Virus record (IMG/VR): IMGVR_UViG_3300020457_000004
Span: 32,001 to 96,000 of that record
DNA from: a virus
Length of the DNA stretch: 64,000 bases
Strand: one strand, 5' to 3'
Shown here piece after piece: positions 17,011 through 26,973 of this stretch. Made by a program: the position numbers and the translations under genes. The notes under the pieces are model-generated. The model ran no database searches. It was not told where the DNA came from and saw only the letters and a list, made by a program, of their open reading frames with translations. Numbering within the stretch: position 1 is the stretch's first letter; every line of letters starts with the position of its first letter.

Positions 17011-17400
17011 TTATCCTAAGCTCCCATCTGCGCCTTGGTGTTGTTGTGAACCATATCCACTAACCTTAGCAGTCTCTACTATTACTGTTCCCCCAGCACC
17101 ACCAGCAATAACGACATCTATATCTTGGTCATTCTGGTGATTGTCATTGAACCCATAAAAATCTAGTGAACCACTCTCCATCAATTCATAGAGAACATCA
17201 CTATTCCTTTGTATTTTAGCACTTGCACCACTTGATAATGTCCAATGAATTGCTTTAATATCTGCCTTTGGTGAACTCTGTGTCTCTGTACTCTTCTTCA
17301 GAGTGGTTGCGAGAGCAATGGTGCCTGTCGCAGCTGTCCCACGAACGGCACAAACTCCTTGGACTTGAGTAAGTTTTAAAACATCGACTACGACTGCCAT
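17011..17400 (-). CDS. hypothetical virion-associated protein
   Basis: 129-aa ORF with AGGAG SD, in the head operon. Confidence 0.65.
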   Translation of the reverse strand: MAVVVDVLKLTQVQGVCAVRGTAATGTIALATTLKKSTETQSSPKADIKAIHWTLSSGASAKIQRNSDVLYELMESGSLDFYGFNDNHQNDQDIDVVIAGGAGGTVIVETAKVSGYGSQQHQGADGSLG

Positions 17401-17413
17401 TTAGTTTCTCCTG

Positions 17414-17764
17414 TTAATTCTTTTTCTTGGAGTGGTTACCATGTGGGCCTTCTGCTAAAATTTCTAGAGCATAAGTCTCACACATTTCAACTCCGTGTTC
17501 AAACATAACCCGATACCAAGCAACTTCACCATCTTTATTTGGTTCAGCATGCTCACCTACTATGGGGCTTCCCTCTCCGAATTTGGGATGGACTACCTTA
17601 GTTGCACACATATGTGTTAATTTAGGGTCTTCCGAACTTCCCTGTTTTGGGGGAGTGACATGACCTTCCGCGCCGTCTTCGGTAGGCAGATTTGCAGTAG
17701 GTTGTTCCTTCTTAGGTTTTTCTACAGCCTGCGCTTCCTCGCGTAGTTCTTTAAATGTCTTCAT
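17414..17764 (-). CDS. hypothetical prohead core-region protein
   Basis: MKTFKELRE N-terminus typical of T4-like internal/core proteins; H.CA.KV.HP.FGEG...WY.VMFEHG. Confidence 0.6.
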   Translation of the reverse strand: MKTFKELREEAQAVEKPKKEQPTANLPTEDGAEGHVTPPKQGSSEDPKLTHMCATKVVHPKFGEGSPIVGEHAEPNKDGEVAWYRVMFEHGVEMCETYALEILAEGPHGNHSKKKN

Positions 17765-18041
17765 CTGTTTCCCCTGTATCGGTTTCTGTTTGTTCTATTT
17801 CTTCCTCTGGTGCAGCCTCAAGTCCCATTTTCTGTAGTTCTGGGTCATTAAATATCGCATTAGATATTTCTTCCTTCCTCGCGGAAATTAATTCATCCGC
17901 CCTTGTACCCATTGCCTTTGCAAACTCATCGTTTGCTCCAGTATAGTCACCATCTGCCCACTTATCCATCATATTTCTGACAGCATCTTGTGGTGTTACT
18001 TCATCGGCAACTTCTACTTCTACATTATCTGTTTCACTCAT
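17751..18041 (-). CDS. prohead core protein (gp67-like)
   Basis: Small acidic protein directly after the portal gene; GGAG SD before ATG 18041. Confidence 0.6.
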   Translation of the reverse strand: MSETDNVEVEVADEVTPQDAVRNMMDKWADGDYTGANDEFAKAMGTRADELISARKEEISNAIFNDPELQKMGLEAAPEEEIEQTETDTGETDEDI

Positions 18042-19554
18042 TATCTTCTCCATTAGTTATTTGAGGTTCTTCACCCCCTTCTTCTTGACCAGCTGCAATT
18101 TGCTCGTCCATAATATCAATCTCTTCATCCGAAAAACGCATAATGTTTTTCTGGACATATTCTTTACTAAACAACTGACCTATAAATGGTACTACACCGT
18201 TTAGTATTTCTAACCTACTTCTAAGAATCTCTTGTTCCTTAGACTCAGTATAATAAGCATCTTGTGCAAACATATACTGTAGGTCATTCCTAATCTCTGG
18301 CCATTCCTCTTCGTTAATGACCCCTTTTAAAACTAGTTGAGTTTTTAGTAGGTCATCAAATATCCCACTAAATCTATTTCTCAACTTTGAAATGAACTTT
18401 GTAAATTTAAGTTCATCTCTAGTAATCTCAGCAGACCGTCCAAAATTTAGACCTGTCTGTTGTTCCAGACGCGAAATCGGAACATTAAGTGATTGATATA
18501 GTTTCTTTTGGAAGTAAACTACATCTTCAATCTCACCTAAGTTCGCACCGCCTGGCAATGTTTGAATCTCTGTACCTCTACCACCTTCTTTTCGTGGTAA
18601 CCAGAAGTCTTCAAGCATTGACATAAACTTCTTGTCATCTCTTATCTCACCAGTATCACTATCATAAACAAGTTTGTTTCTGTAGCGACTCATCACATCT
18701 TTTAGATATTGTTCTGCTTTTCCTGTGGGCAGATTCCCAACATCTATATAAAAAATTCTTCTTTCGGGAGCCCGTGTGATACGATAAATCACCACCGCGT
18801 TCTCCATCATTCTCAATTGGTTAGCAGGGCGTATCGCTTTATGTAAATAAGATAGTGGTATATTCCTATCTTGGTCAACTAATCCAGATGTACAATATGT
18901 AACTGAGTCTTTGCTAACCTTAATTGCCTTATCATTAACTACATCTGTCTTGTATGACATTTGAGAGTTAGTGGCAATTCCCTTCTCATCAAATACAAAA
19001 TATTCTTGTACATCTTTTACGAGAGTTACTTGAGATTTTTTATCTTTCTCTTTCTTAATCTCTCTGACCTTTCGGATTTTCCTTGGGTCTACATAACGAA
19101 CATCTTTTATACCTTCTTTTTTCTTTTCAGTATCGATGACCTTGTGGAAAAAAATTCTTCCATCAATGTACCATCGTCTAAAATAATCTTGTGCCCGAAC
19201 ATTAAAGTCTAACATTCTAAGAACACCATCAAACTCTTGGATGATTGCCCTTTTAACGGTGGCAGATTGTTGAACCTTGTCAAGATTTAACTTGACTGGT
19301 TTCTCATCGTCCAAGTTTGCGATGGCATCATTGACAACATCCTCGATGGCTGCGTCAACATCTCCCATCATTGATATATCTCTATACCTTTTGATAAGTT
19401 GGGTTTCACTATTAGCAGTTCCTTCTATGTCGAAGTAAGTGCCGTAGTATCCACCCGCCCTTATACTTTCTAAAGACCCATCGTCATGAGGCGGAACGAA
19501 TGATTTTTCCGTCTTAGACTTGGATCTTGATATTTCAAATCCAAATAATTCCAT
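18034..19554 (-). CDS. gp20: portal vertex protein
   Basis: MELFGFEI, FRRWYIDGR, SYLHKAI.P.NQLRMME.A.VIYRITRAPERRIFYIDVGNLP, EDFWLPR.EGGRGTEI.TLPGG. Confidence 0.98.
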   Translation of the reverse strand: MELFGFEISRSKSKTEKSFVPPHDDGSLESIRAGGYYGTYFDIEGTANSETQLIKRYRDISMMGDVDAAIEDVVNDAIANLDDEKPVKLNLDKVQQSATVKRAIIQEFDGVLRMLDFNVRAQDYFRRWYIDGRIFFHKVIDTEKKKEGIKDVRYVDPRKIRKVREIKKEKDKKSQVTLVKDVQEYFVFDEKGIATNSQMSYKTDVVNDKAIKVSKDSVTYCTSGLVDQDRNIPLSYLHKAIRPANQLRMMENAVVIYRITRAPERRIFYIDVGNLPTGKAEQYLKDVMSRYRNKLVYDSDTGEIRDDKKFMSMLEDFWLPRKEGGRGTEIQTLPGGANLGEIEDVVYFQKKLYQSLNVPISRLEQQTGLNFGRSAEITRDELKFTKFISKLRNRFSGIFDDLLKTQLVLKGVINEEEWPEIRNDLQYMFAQDAYYTESKEQEILRSRLEILNGVVPFIGQLFSKEYVQKNIMRFSDEEIDIMDEQIAAGQEEGGEEPQITNGEDNE

Positions 19555-19580
19555 AATTTATACCTTCTTCAACTCGTAGA

Positions 19581-20099
19581 TTATTCTACATCATAATGCG
19601 TATATTGCCATGTCACAGTAAATTCTTCAAAGATGTCATTCTGTGCATAGTTCAACGCAATTTCTGACATCTGAATAGGAAATGCATTTCTTAAAGTGTA
19701 TGTACCATTAGGTAATACTGCATCATTCCTATCTAAATGTTCTACAATTATATCACTCTGGTAACCAGAAGGTGTCAAAGTGATAGCTTCGTTGGATTCA
19801 CGGTCATTCATACCATTCATCCATGCTTCAAACGGCGCTCGTAAACTAAAATCTGAGTCATTAACTACTGTAATAGTCCAAGGGTCGAATATCCTTTCGC
19901 CTGCAAGTTTAATCTCCCTACCTCTATATTGTATAATGGCAGGGTTTACATTGGAAGCGGGAAGGGCGGCCCCAGTTACGAGCAGACTGTAAGATGGGTC
20001 AACACCAGTAACATAAGAAGGGAAAGCAAGCTTAACCCTAAACTGATTAGGTCTTGCTCCACCAGCACCTAGTCTGGCCTTAAACTCTTCAATATTCAT
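19581..20099 (-). CDS. gp19: tail tube protein
   Basis: GGARPNQFRV, LP.S, YRGR..KLAGER.FDPWT.TV.ND.DF..R..FE.W, EEF.VTW.Y. Confidence 0.95.
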   Translation of the reverse strand: MNIEEFKARLGAGGARPNQFRVKLAFPSYVTGVDPSYSLLVTGAALPASNVNPAIIQYRGREIKLAGERIFDPWTITVVNDSDFSLRAPFEAWMNGMNDRESNEAITLTPSGYQSDIIVEHLDRNDAVLPNGTYTLRNAFPIQMSEIALNYAQNDIFEEFTVTWQYTHYDVE

Positions 20100-20135
20100 C
20101 TGTTTTTTCTCCTAACTTTATTTTATTTATCTCTA

Positions 20136-22073
20136 TTAACCGCCAAGTTCTTCAAAAGATATTCCGCTTCTTGTCGCAACAAATGTTAGCGTTATGAAGT
20201 TAATAGACTTAGCAGGTTTGACAAATATGTCAGCCTTAAATTCGTTTGCGTCTATAACTTGCGGTGTATTGTTTGTTTCGTCACAAACAACGCGGAAATC
20301 AAAGATACCCCTTCTTCCTTGTACATCTCGCAAGAAAGGTTCTACTAGAGCAACAAACTGTGCCCTTGTAAATGCATCGTTGAACTCGAATAATTGGAAT
20401 TTAGCAGCAGTTGCAATTGCCTTTTCAAGGACAATAAACAATCTACGGACATTAATCCTGTTAAATGCACTTGGTGAATCAAGCATTGTCTTGTCTCCAA
20501 ACAATACAATACCAGAGCCAGGCGTTGAAATTACTGGGTTAACACCTTTAGCATAAAGTGTATCCCTCTGTGCCTTGGTAGGTGACCATGCGAGTTTGAT
20601 TGCATTTTTAATCTGTCCCCTATTAAGACCGCCAGGCGAGAACCAAGGGTCATCTGATTTATCTGTAACAACACAAGTACCAGCGACATCTCCGTTCAAA
20701 GGAACATAGACATATCTGTCATTGTACTTGTCGTACATGTATTTCCAACCAGAATCATATACTGCATAAGATGAACGAGTATATGCATTTAGGTCAGAGG
20801 TTGTAATAATTGATGTTGATTCTGAACCTTCGTTGTTTACTACGGCACTTCTCTGTGGAGAAATAAATACCATAGCATCTTTACGGATTTCAGCAACATT
20901 GTCGATAACATAATCACCTACAGCAGTTGGGTGAGCAGAAGTAAGAATTAAACTTACATCTACTAATTCGTCATTTGCGAATAGTTGATATCCTGCCTGT
21001 AAATCAGAATTAGCAGGAGAAGCATCAACACCACTTGCAAGTGAAGTTGAAACATCACTATCTGAAGAACCATTCAAGCAGGCAAAAACTGTTCCGCCAG
21101 CAGATGATGTTCCCCAGTTAGAACCATTTGTAGGATGATCCATCCAGTATATCCATTCTGAACGGTCATTGATTACATTCTTGTAAAAGTTTGTTTGGTT
21201 GATGTCATCTTTAGCATCGGATGCCTTAGATAATCCAGCAAATTTTTCTAGGACTGTTCCAGCAGTTCCAGTAATTTCTCCAGTTTCATCAATGACAATA
21301 ACATGAACCATGTCGCGTGAAGCACCATTGTTTTTTGCCCATGTAGTTGTGGTTGGTGTAAAATCAAACTGACTAGCATATGTCCATGCAGTTTGCAATG
21401 TAGATGTAGCAGTTGCAGATGAACCGTCACCACCAATAGTCACAGCAGGAGCGGATGAATATCCATAGCCTGGATGTGTAATTGTGATTGCGGAAACAGC
21501 ACCACCAGATATAGTTGCAGTTCCAGTAGCAGTAATACCACCTTGAGCGGGGGTAATTCCTGTTGGGTCAGCAAATGTGACTGTTGCGGATGTGTATCCA
21601 GAACCACCAGCGGTTACTGTTGCAGAACCTACTGACAATCCAGATGCAGATGCAATATCAGCGATTTCTACTTGAAGAGCATTACCTCGTGTGCCTGGGT
21701 ATTTTGCAGCCCATGGCCCTACAGAACCTTCTCCGTTGGAGTATGATTCTTGATATTGCTCTAGATTTTTAATTTGAACAGCAGTTCCAGTTGAGACTGC
21801 GTTTCTAGCAGCAGCTCCAACTTCTCTCACGGTTAATAAGTTTGAACCATAAGAAAGGAAACTTGATGCCACCATGTGGTCATAAAATATACTCAATGTG
21901 GGTTTACCGAACCTCTCAACAAGATTGTTCTCAGATTGTACTGAGATTATCTCATGAGCTGGGCCCCATTGAAAGTCTCCCACGATTCCACCAATAGTGG
22001 TGGCAACAGCGGGGACAACATTTGTGAGGTCTTTTTCTTGTACTAAGACGCCAGGCGATAATTGGAAAGCCAT
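20136..22073 (-). CDS. gp18: tail sheath protein
   Basis: SPGV.V.E.DLT, FQWGP, WFSPGG.NRGQI, FGDKT, FNRINVRRLF, FEFND.FTR. Confidence 0.97.
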   Translation of the reverse strand: MAFQLSPGVLVQEKDLTNVVPAVATTIGGIVGDFQWGPAHEIISVQSENNLVERFGKPTLSIFYDHMVASSFLSYGSNLLTVREVGAAARNAVSTGTAVQIKNLEQYQESYSNGEGSVGPWAAKYPGTRGNALQVEIADIASASGLSVGSATVTAGGSGYTSATVTFADPTGITPAQGGITATGTATISGGAVSAITITHPGYGYSSAPAVTIGGDGSSATATSTLQTAWTYASQFDFTPTTTTWAKNNGASRDMVHVIVIDETGEITGTAGTVLEKFAGLSKASDAKDDINQTNFYKNVINDRSEWIYWMDHPTNGSNWGTSSAGGTVFACLNGSSDSDVSTSLASGVDASPANSDLQAGYQLFANDELVDVSLILTSAHPTAVGDYVIDNVAEIRKDAMVFISPQRSAVVNNEGSESTSIITTSDLNAYTRSSYAVYDSGWKYMYDKYNDRYVYVPLNGDVAGTCVVTDKSDDPWFSPGGLNRGQIKNAIKLAWSPTKAQRDTLYAKGVNPVISTPGSGIVLFGDKTMLDSPSAFNRINVRRLFIVLEKAIATAAKFQLFEFNDAFTRAQFVALVEPFLRDVQGRRGIFDFRVVCDETNNTPQVIDANEFKADIFVKPAKSINFITLTFVATRSGISFEELGG

Positions 22074-22133
22074 TTTGTTCTCCTTCGTATTTCGTTTTTA
22101 ATCTATCTTGACTAAATAGTTATTCCTAGCAAT

Positions 22134-22141
22134 TATTTATA
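22134..22141 (-). promoter_or_regulatory. late promoter for gp18
   Basis: TATAAATA overlapping the gp17 stop. Confidence 0.8.
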
Positions 22142-23765
22142 AAAATTTTTCTTTCTCATCAGCCCATATCCAATAGTCACCATCCATAACTTGTGCTTCT
22201 GGTTCATGTCCGTCTACAACAAGCCCAAACGGTGTCAAATCATTTTCTATCATTCTCATCTGTGAATTGTATAGATTGTCACGAATATCTACATTAGTCA
22301 AATCCTTAAAAAATGTATTAGTTGATAACCAAGCAAATAGTACCATACACATTGCAAGGTCATCGTGGTATCCTTCATCAGCAGCAAATGTACCACTCCT
22401 TTCAACAAAAGTTGACAGTTCACTTATACATTCAGCATCAAATAATAAGAACTTCTGTTCTTCAATCAAACTTTTTAGTGCCAAACACCCCTGTCTTTTA
22501 ACTGCCTTTGATGTTCGTACACCTAGAGTACTTTGTTTTCCGAAGCCAGGCGAAACATATTGTTTGTTTTTTTCCTGTACACAACTAAAAATGTTCTCAT
22601 ACTCTAGTTCTTGGTGTAGTATATCGACTACCTGTTGTCCTATATCATTTGTTTCAAGTAAAACATACGCATCATTATAATCCTTTGCTACTTTTCCTAT
22701 AAAGTCTGGATATAACAATGGAGAAACTTTGTTATCTCTATACTTACCTACAACCTTAAACGGCATTTCTGTGATATCAACCACAATGAAAGCCGAAAAA
22801 TCTCCACCTATACCTCTAGCGGTATCTGCCGAGATTACATAGTATTTATCGTCTTGGGGTTCTTCATATATCTCTAGTCCATCCTTCCTATAAATTGGGT
22901 CGGTAGATGACATATTAGAAAGAGCTTTACCACTAATCAAAGTATTCGTTGACCCCAAGAAATCACACAATACTTCTTGGTTAAACTTCACTTCCCCTAA
23001 CAAATCAAACTGTTCTTGTGTCCACTTGTCATCGCGGCCTGGGATTTCAGTATGCGGTATAAACATATTCTCAAACCCATTAGTACCTTTCTCTGCCTCA
23101 TTCCAGAATTTCCAGAAATGATTATATCCCAAAGGCGTGGATGTCAATAGAATCTTTGTGGTCTCACCAGCAGAGATAGTAGGATATACAGATGCAAAAA
23201 ACTCATCTGCTATATTGTTTGGTATAATTGCAGCCTCATCAATGTACAACCAGTTAACTGATTTACCCCGAATACCAGATGATGTGGTTGCAGATGTAAA
23301 CACGCGAGAACCATTCTCTAAGTCCACATCCCCCTTGTTCCATGTCTTGACTCCCTGTTGCATCCATATAGGAAGATGTTCATACATAGTCTGATATCTT
23401 GACAACACCTCTCTGGCAGCCGCGGTCTTGTTAGCCATTATAGCGATGTTCTTGTCTGCATTGAATATAGAGTAATGTAATATACACGCGGCCGCTGTCA
23501 CCGTCTTGCCTTGCTGTCTACCTTCCATTAGAATAGTCTTTCGATTATTCATGATGAAATCTACTTTCCTTTTCTGACAGTCGTATAGCTTGAAAGGTTG
23601 TAGACCTTTATCCAAGGTTACTATTTGACAGTAATTCTCAATAAAATATATTGGGTCTTGTTCACACTTTACAAATTCTTCAAACTCCGTTTTTGTAAAA
23701 TCGTGTTGATACCCAATTGATTTTAGATTGGGGTTACCGTGATATGATGCTTCAGTTCCAGCCAT
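22137..23765 (-). CDS. gp17: terminase large subunit
   Basis: Y.GNPNLK, GRQQGKT, LYIDEAA, LTSTPLG.NHFW, D.ARG.GGD.S, HDDL.M. Confidence 0.97.
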   Translation of the reverse strand: MAGTEASYHGNPNLKSIGYQHDFTKTEFEEFVKCEQDPIYFIENYCQIVTLDKGLQPFKLYDCQKRKVDFIMNNRKTILMEGRQQGKTVTAAACILHYSIFNADKNIAIMANKTAAAREVLSRYQTMYEHLPIWMQQGVKTWNKGDVDLENGSRVFTSATTSSGIRGKSVNWLYIDEAAIIPNNIADEFFASVYPTISAGETTKILLTSTPLGYNHFWKFWNEAEKGTNGFENMFIPHTEIPGRDDKWTQEQFDLLGEVKFNQEVLCDFLGSTNTLISGKALSNMSSTDPIYRKDGLEIYEEPQDDKYYVISADTARGIGGDFSAFIVVDITEMPFKVVGKYRDNKVSPLLYPDFIGKVAKDYNDAYVLLETNDIGQQVVDILHQELEYENIFSCVQEKNKQYVSPGFGKQSTLGVRTSKAVKRQGCLALKSLIEEQKFLLFDAECISELSTFVERSGTFAADEGYHDDLAMCMVLFAWLSTNTFFKDLTNVDIRDNLYNSQMRMIENDLTPFGLVVDGHEPEAQVMDGDYWIWADEKEKFL

Positions 23766-24789
23766 TTACTTCCCCATGTGCTTGTTGTTTGATGTAATGA
23801 AAGAAGTCTGGTTCCTCTATATCTGGTAATCTGGGTATGTCTTCTGTCTCTAATATCATTTCAAAACATCTTCTGCGATTGTGTTCTCTCGCTAACTCTG
23901 TACCCCTTACTATTTCTTTCAAGGGATACTGTAATAAATTTGTAAATTGTTTGTAGAACTCTTTAAATCTTTCCCCTTCATCCTGTATATCATCAAACTG
24001 ATAGTCTACAAACCCATCATATAACATGAACCCCATTGATTTGAGTTCTTTATACATTCCTTGTCCACCAAACCCCATACATAATTTTCTATGCAAAAGA
24101 GGTTTAAAAGTTTTCTCAGTAAACCTAATGTGACTAGTCCTAGTCTCAACAAACAAATCTATGAGTATTTTGTCATAGAATTCTGCTGGACTCTGTGTTA
24201 CTGCCCATCCACCTTTCTTATGCAAAGGATGAGCTTGGTAAGAAAAATCCCAATTCTTTGACCAATCTAACATGAACTTCCTTTTAATATCAGTATATAC
24301 TCCTTGACGCAAGTTGGAACAATACTTATTGATTAAATTATCCTTTTCTAATAACTCCCACAACTTTTGTCTATATGGTCTCATAGAATGATTTAAACAA
24401 CAAAAGTGTGTATCTTCACTACCAGAGTAGTTTTTTATATTAGTTCTTTTTAGTTCGTCATCCCAATATGAACCATGTCCAATTACTTGCCACAAAAAAT
24501 ATAATCCATATGGTTTATGCACGGCATTTCTTGGTAATAATTTACTAGAGTCTATGTATGAACTATCGATAACAGTAAAACTTAAAGAAGGGAACTCTGA
24601 AAACAAATCTAACTTTATCAGTTCTTTCTTGGGTAAGAAGGGATTTAATATTTCCTCTTTTAAATTATGAACCACTAACCTATTTATCTTGTTTTCAGAT
24701 AGGTGTTCTTCTAACTTGGGAACGGTAAGGGCTTTCCTAAAATGTTCCATACACCAGTATTCAGCTGGATTCTGGGTCATCTGGGTCAT
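23752..24789 (-). CDS. glycosyltransferase-like protein (GT-B, GT10/exostosin-like C-terminus)
   Basis: FCCLNH..RPYR, LFVET....FTEKTFKPL, G..G.YKELK.MGF.LY....DY.FD.I.D...RF; sits between gp16 and gp17. Confidence 0.5.
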   Translation of the reverse strand: MTQMTQNPAEYWCMEHFRKALTVPKLEEHLSENKINRLVVHNLKEEILNPFLPKKELIKLDLFSEFPSLSFTVIDSSYIDSSKLLPRNAVHKPYGLYFLWQVIGHGSYWDDELKRTNIKNYSGSEDTHFCCLNHSMRPYRQKLWELLEKDNLINKYCSNLRQGVYTDIKRKFMLDWSKNWDFSYQAHPLHKKGGWAVTQSPAEFYDKILIDLFVETRTSHIRFTEKTFKPLLHRKLCMGFGGQGMYKELKSMGFMLYDGFVDYQFDDIQDEGERFKEFYKQFTNLLQYPLKEIVRGTELAREHNRRRCFEMILETEDIPRLPDIEEPDFFHYIKQQAHGEVNGWN

Positions 24790-25219
24790 GGTCTATAATT
24801 TTTTCATTCTCTTTCTTTAGTGCTTTCAACATATCAGAAGTTGTACCAGTAAAAACTAGGTTGTTTGTTGTTTTACTAATAGTTCTTGGTTCATCTGAAT
24901 TCTTTTGAATTCGATGTTTCTTCTCTTGGACTTCCATCATATCCTTGGCTTGTTCACCCATAGTCTTAATGATTTGTCCAGCAACTTCATAAGCACGAGG
25001 ATTGTCACTATTTGTAGCAACATTCAAAATACCTTGAGCGGCTTCCTCCGCGTACTCGGCTGAGCGTTTCAAAAGATTCCTTGCTTCCTCAAAATCTTTA
25101 TCTAGTTTCTCATCTTCTTTTTCAGGCACAGCGGGAACGCCACCCTTTTTCTCAGCAAGTTCTGTAGTTACGGTGTTGAATGTTTTATCAAGTGCATCAA
25201 ATACTTTATTTTTTGGCAT
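24761..25219 (-). CDS. gp16: terminase small subunit
   Basis: DF..AR.LL, A..SDNPRAYEVAGQIIK, TNN.VF.G.TSD.LK.L. Confidence 0.93.
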   Translation of the reverse strand: MPKNKVFDALDKTFNTVTTELAEKKGGVPAVPEKEDEKLDKDFEEARNLLKRSAEYAEEAAQGILNVATNSDNPRAYEVAGQIIKTMGEQAKDMMEVQEKKHRIQKNSDEPRTISKTTNNLVFTGTTSDMLKALKKENEKIIDHDPDDPESS

Positions 25220-25221
25220 AA

Positions 25222-26217
25222 TTATACATAAGTTTGGTCAAACTCCTCCACAAACCTATAGGGGTCATCCTTATAGGGATTTGCATTATGATTAGGTGGT
25301 TCCTCAAATGTTACGGTAGGTGCATCTGAATAACCACTCCCAGCGTCATCTATAACAATTTTAGTTACTACTCCATCCGTTAACTCAGCATGTGCTCTCG
25401 CGTTACCAGTAAGAGTAATATTGGGTGGACTAGTATATCCTGCTCCACCGTATGTTATAGTAAATCCTGTAACCGAACCACCACTTATTGTTGCGGTTGC
25501 GGTTGGTAGTGTATTCCGTACTTCAAATGACTGTGTGACTCTCGGCCCACCAAATTCTGAATTCTCATATGTTTCTGCTATTGCTTTTTTGATAAACGAC
25601 TGATTACTTACAAAACCATAATAATTTAATTTCATGGTAAAGTTAAGTGTCCAGTTAATACTTTGTCTATCTGCAAATGCACCCTCAAATGTATCTTCGT
25701 AACTAACACTATCCAAAGTTATTTTTATATCTCTTTTAATACCTAACTCAGGCAAATCATTTATTGTCACATTGAAGTCTGGGTTAAAGTATGGGAAAAT
25801 CTGTTCTACTATCTGCAATGCATCTTCTTGATTTTTTGCAAACACATATAAAGATATGTTCATATCATATGGTGTAGATACAAAACTTGTTCTATATGAA
25901 TTTGTTTCCGCACCAGATGTAGTTATGTTCTTTTGTACAGGCGAAACCTTTCTTGATGGGTCATATTGAAACCCAACAATCTCAAATCCCATGCGAGGCA
26001 AACTAATTGCAACTTCTCCACGAGATTCGGTGTCTGGTATCGCCTCAATTCTAGTTAAAAACTTTTGTTTTGTAGAGTATGAAAGAGGTACACGAATCAC
26101 TTGTTCAGTAACCCCACCAGCATTTGACCTGTTTATTTGGATATTATTAAAAATAGTACCAAATGCAATTATGGCCTTGCGTGTGTGTTGATTATAAAAT
26201 TGTTTATTTTTAAACAT
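25222..26217 (-). CDS. gp15: tail sheath terminator / proximal sheath stabilizer
   Basis: FYN...RK.IIAFG..FN.I, VPL.Y..KQKFL, LPRMGFEI....YDP.RK, QIVEQI.PYF.P; extra C-terminal G.GY...P repeats. Confidence 0.94.
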   Translation of the reverse strand: MFKNKQFYNQHTRKAIIAFGTIFNNIQINRSNAGGVTEQVIRVPLSYSTKQKFLTRIEAIPDTESRGEVAISLPRMGFEIVGFQYDPSRKVSPVQKNITTSGAETNSYRTSFVSTPYDMNISLYVFAKNQEDALQIVEQIFPYFNPDFNVTINDLPELGIKRDIKITLDSVSYEDTFEGAFADRQSINWTLNFTMKLNYYGFVSNQSFIKKAIAETYENSEFGGPRVTQSFEVRNTLPTATATISGGSVTGFTITYGGAGYTSPPNITLTGNARAHAELTDGVVTKIVIDDAGSGYSDAPTVTFEEPPNHNANPYKDDPYRFVEEFDQTYV

Positions 26218-26969
26218 TATATTTCACCAAATGGATTCTTCTCTGTAAAGTCTAATATGTTAGATGCGGATTGTAATGAATCAAAGTCCTCGTTGTCCAC
26301 GCCAACATTTCCTCTACTGGTTTGGAAACTCTCTAGTATCAGAGTAGATTGGTCTTCTAGTCTTAACAAGTCGCCATTCTCCAACTGGAACTGGAACTGT
26401 AGAATATCAAGACTTTGCAAGTCTTCGATTCCATCGATATCACTATCACCAGTATCAAGTCTTTCTGAACTGTACTCAAAGAGTTCGCATTGAAGTCTGA
26501 ATGTATAAATTTTTCCTAACTGATAAAAAGGATTCTGAAACTCTACCAGTTTAATTTCAAACAAAGATTTTGTTTTTGGAAAGTATAACAAGTCACCTTC
26601 AGCGGGTCTTGCCGTTAACTGGAATGTACCACCAGCATCTTCTTCTCTATCAACCATCTGTTCCCACCTTCTCTTGGAAAGAACAAATGTTGCTTGGTCT
26701 CTAATTTCTATTCCAAACCTAGTGAATAGTTCTCCTTCGCCCTCATACCCTTCTACATTTTCCAAGTACATTTCGAGTGGATATTGTTGCGTGAACTTAG
26801 ACAATTCATCTTCATCAAAGATAGTGTCCCTGTTTACCAAAGTCCTAGGCATATAGTGAACATCATGTCCATATATCTTTAGACTTTCAATAACCAAGTC
26901 TTCTACTAATCGTTGTTCGTTAGCAGTTCCACTTGTATTGCCAGATTGGAAGTAAACATTGGTTGCCAT
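26217..26969 (-). CDS. gp14: neck protein
   Basis: EQ.LVEDL..ES..IYG.DV.Y.PR, RFG.EI.D, P.EGDL.YFP, PFYQLGK, DFTE.NPFG. Confidence 0.94.
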   Translation of the reverse strand: MATNVYFQSGNTSGTANEQRLVEDLVIESLKIYGHDVHYMPRTLVNRDTIFDEDELSKFTQQYPLEMYLENVEGYEGEGELFTRFGIEIRDQATFVLSKRRWEQMVDREEDAGGTFQLTARPAEGDLLYFPKTKSLFEIKLVEFQNPFYQLGKIYTFRLQCELFEYSSERLDTGDSDIDGIEDLQSLDILQFQFQLENGDLLRLEDQSTLILESFQTSRGNVGVDNEDFDSLQSASNILDFTEKNPFGEI

Positions 26970-26973
26970 TTAT

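Noticed and set aside
22137-23765. Possible intein or intron in terminase, portal, UvsW or gp46
   Set aside because: Lengths are normal and motifs contiguous; no intein boundary signatures seen
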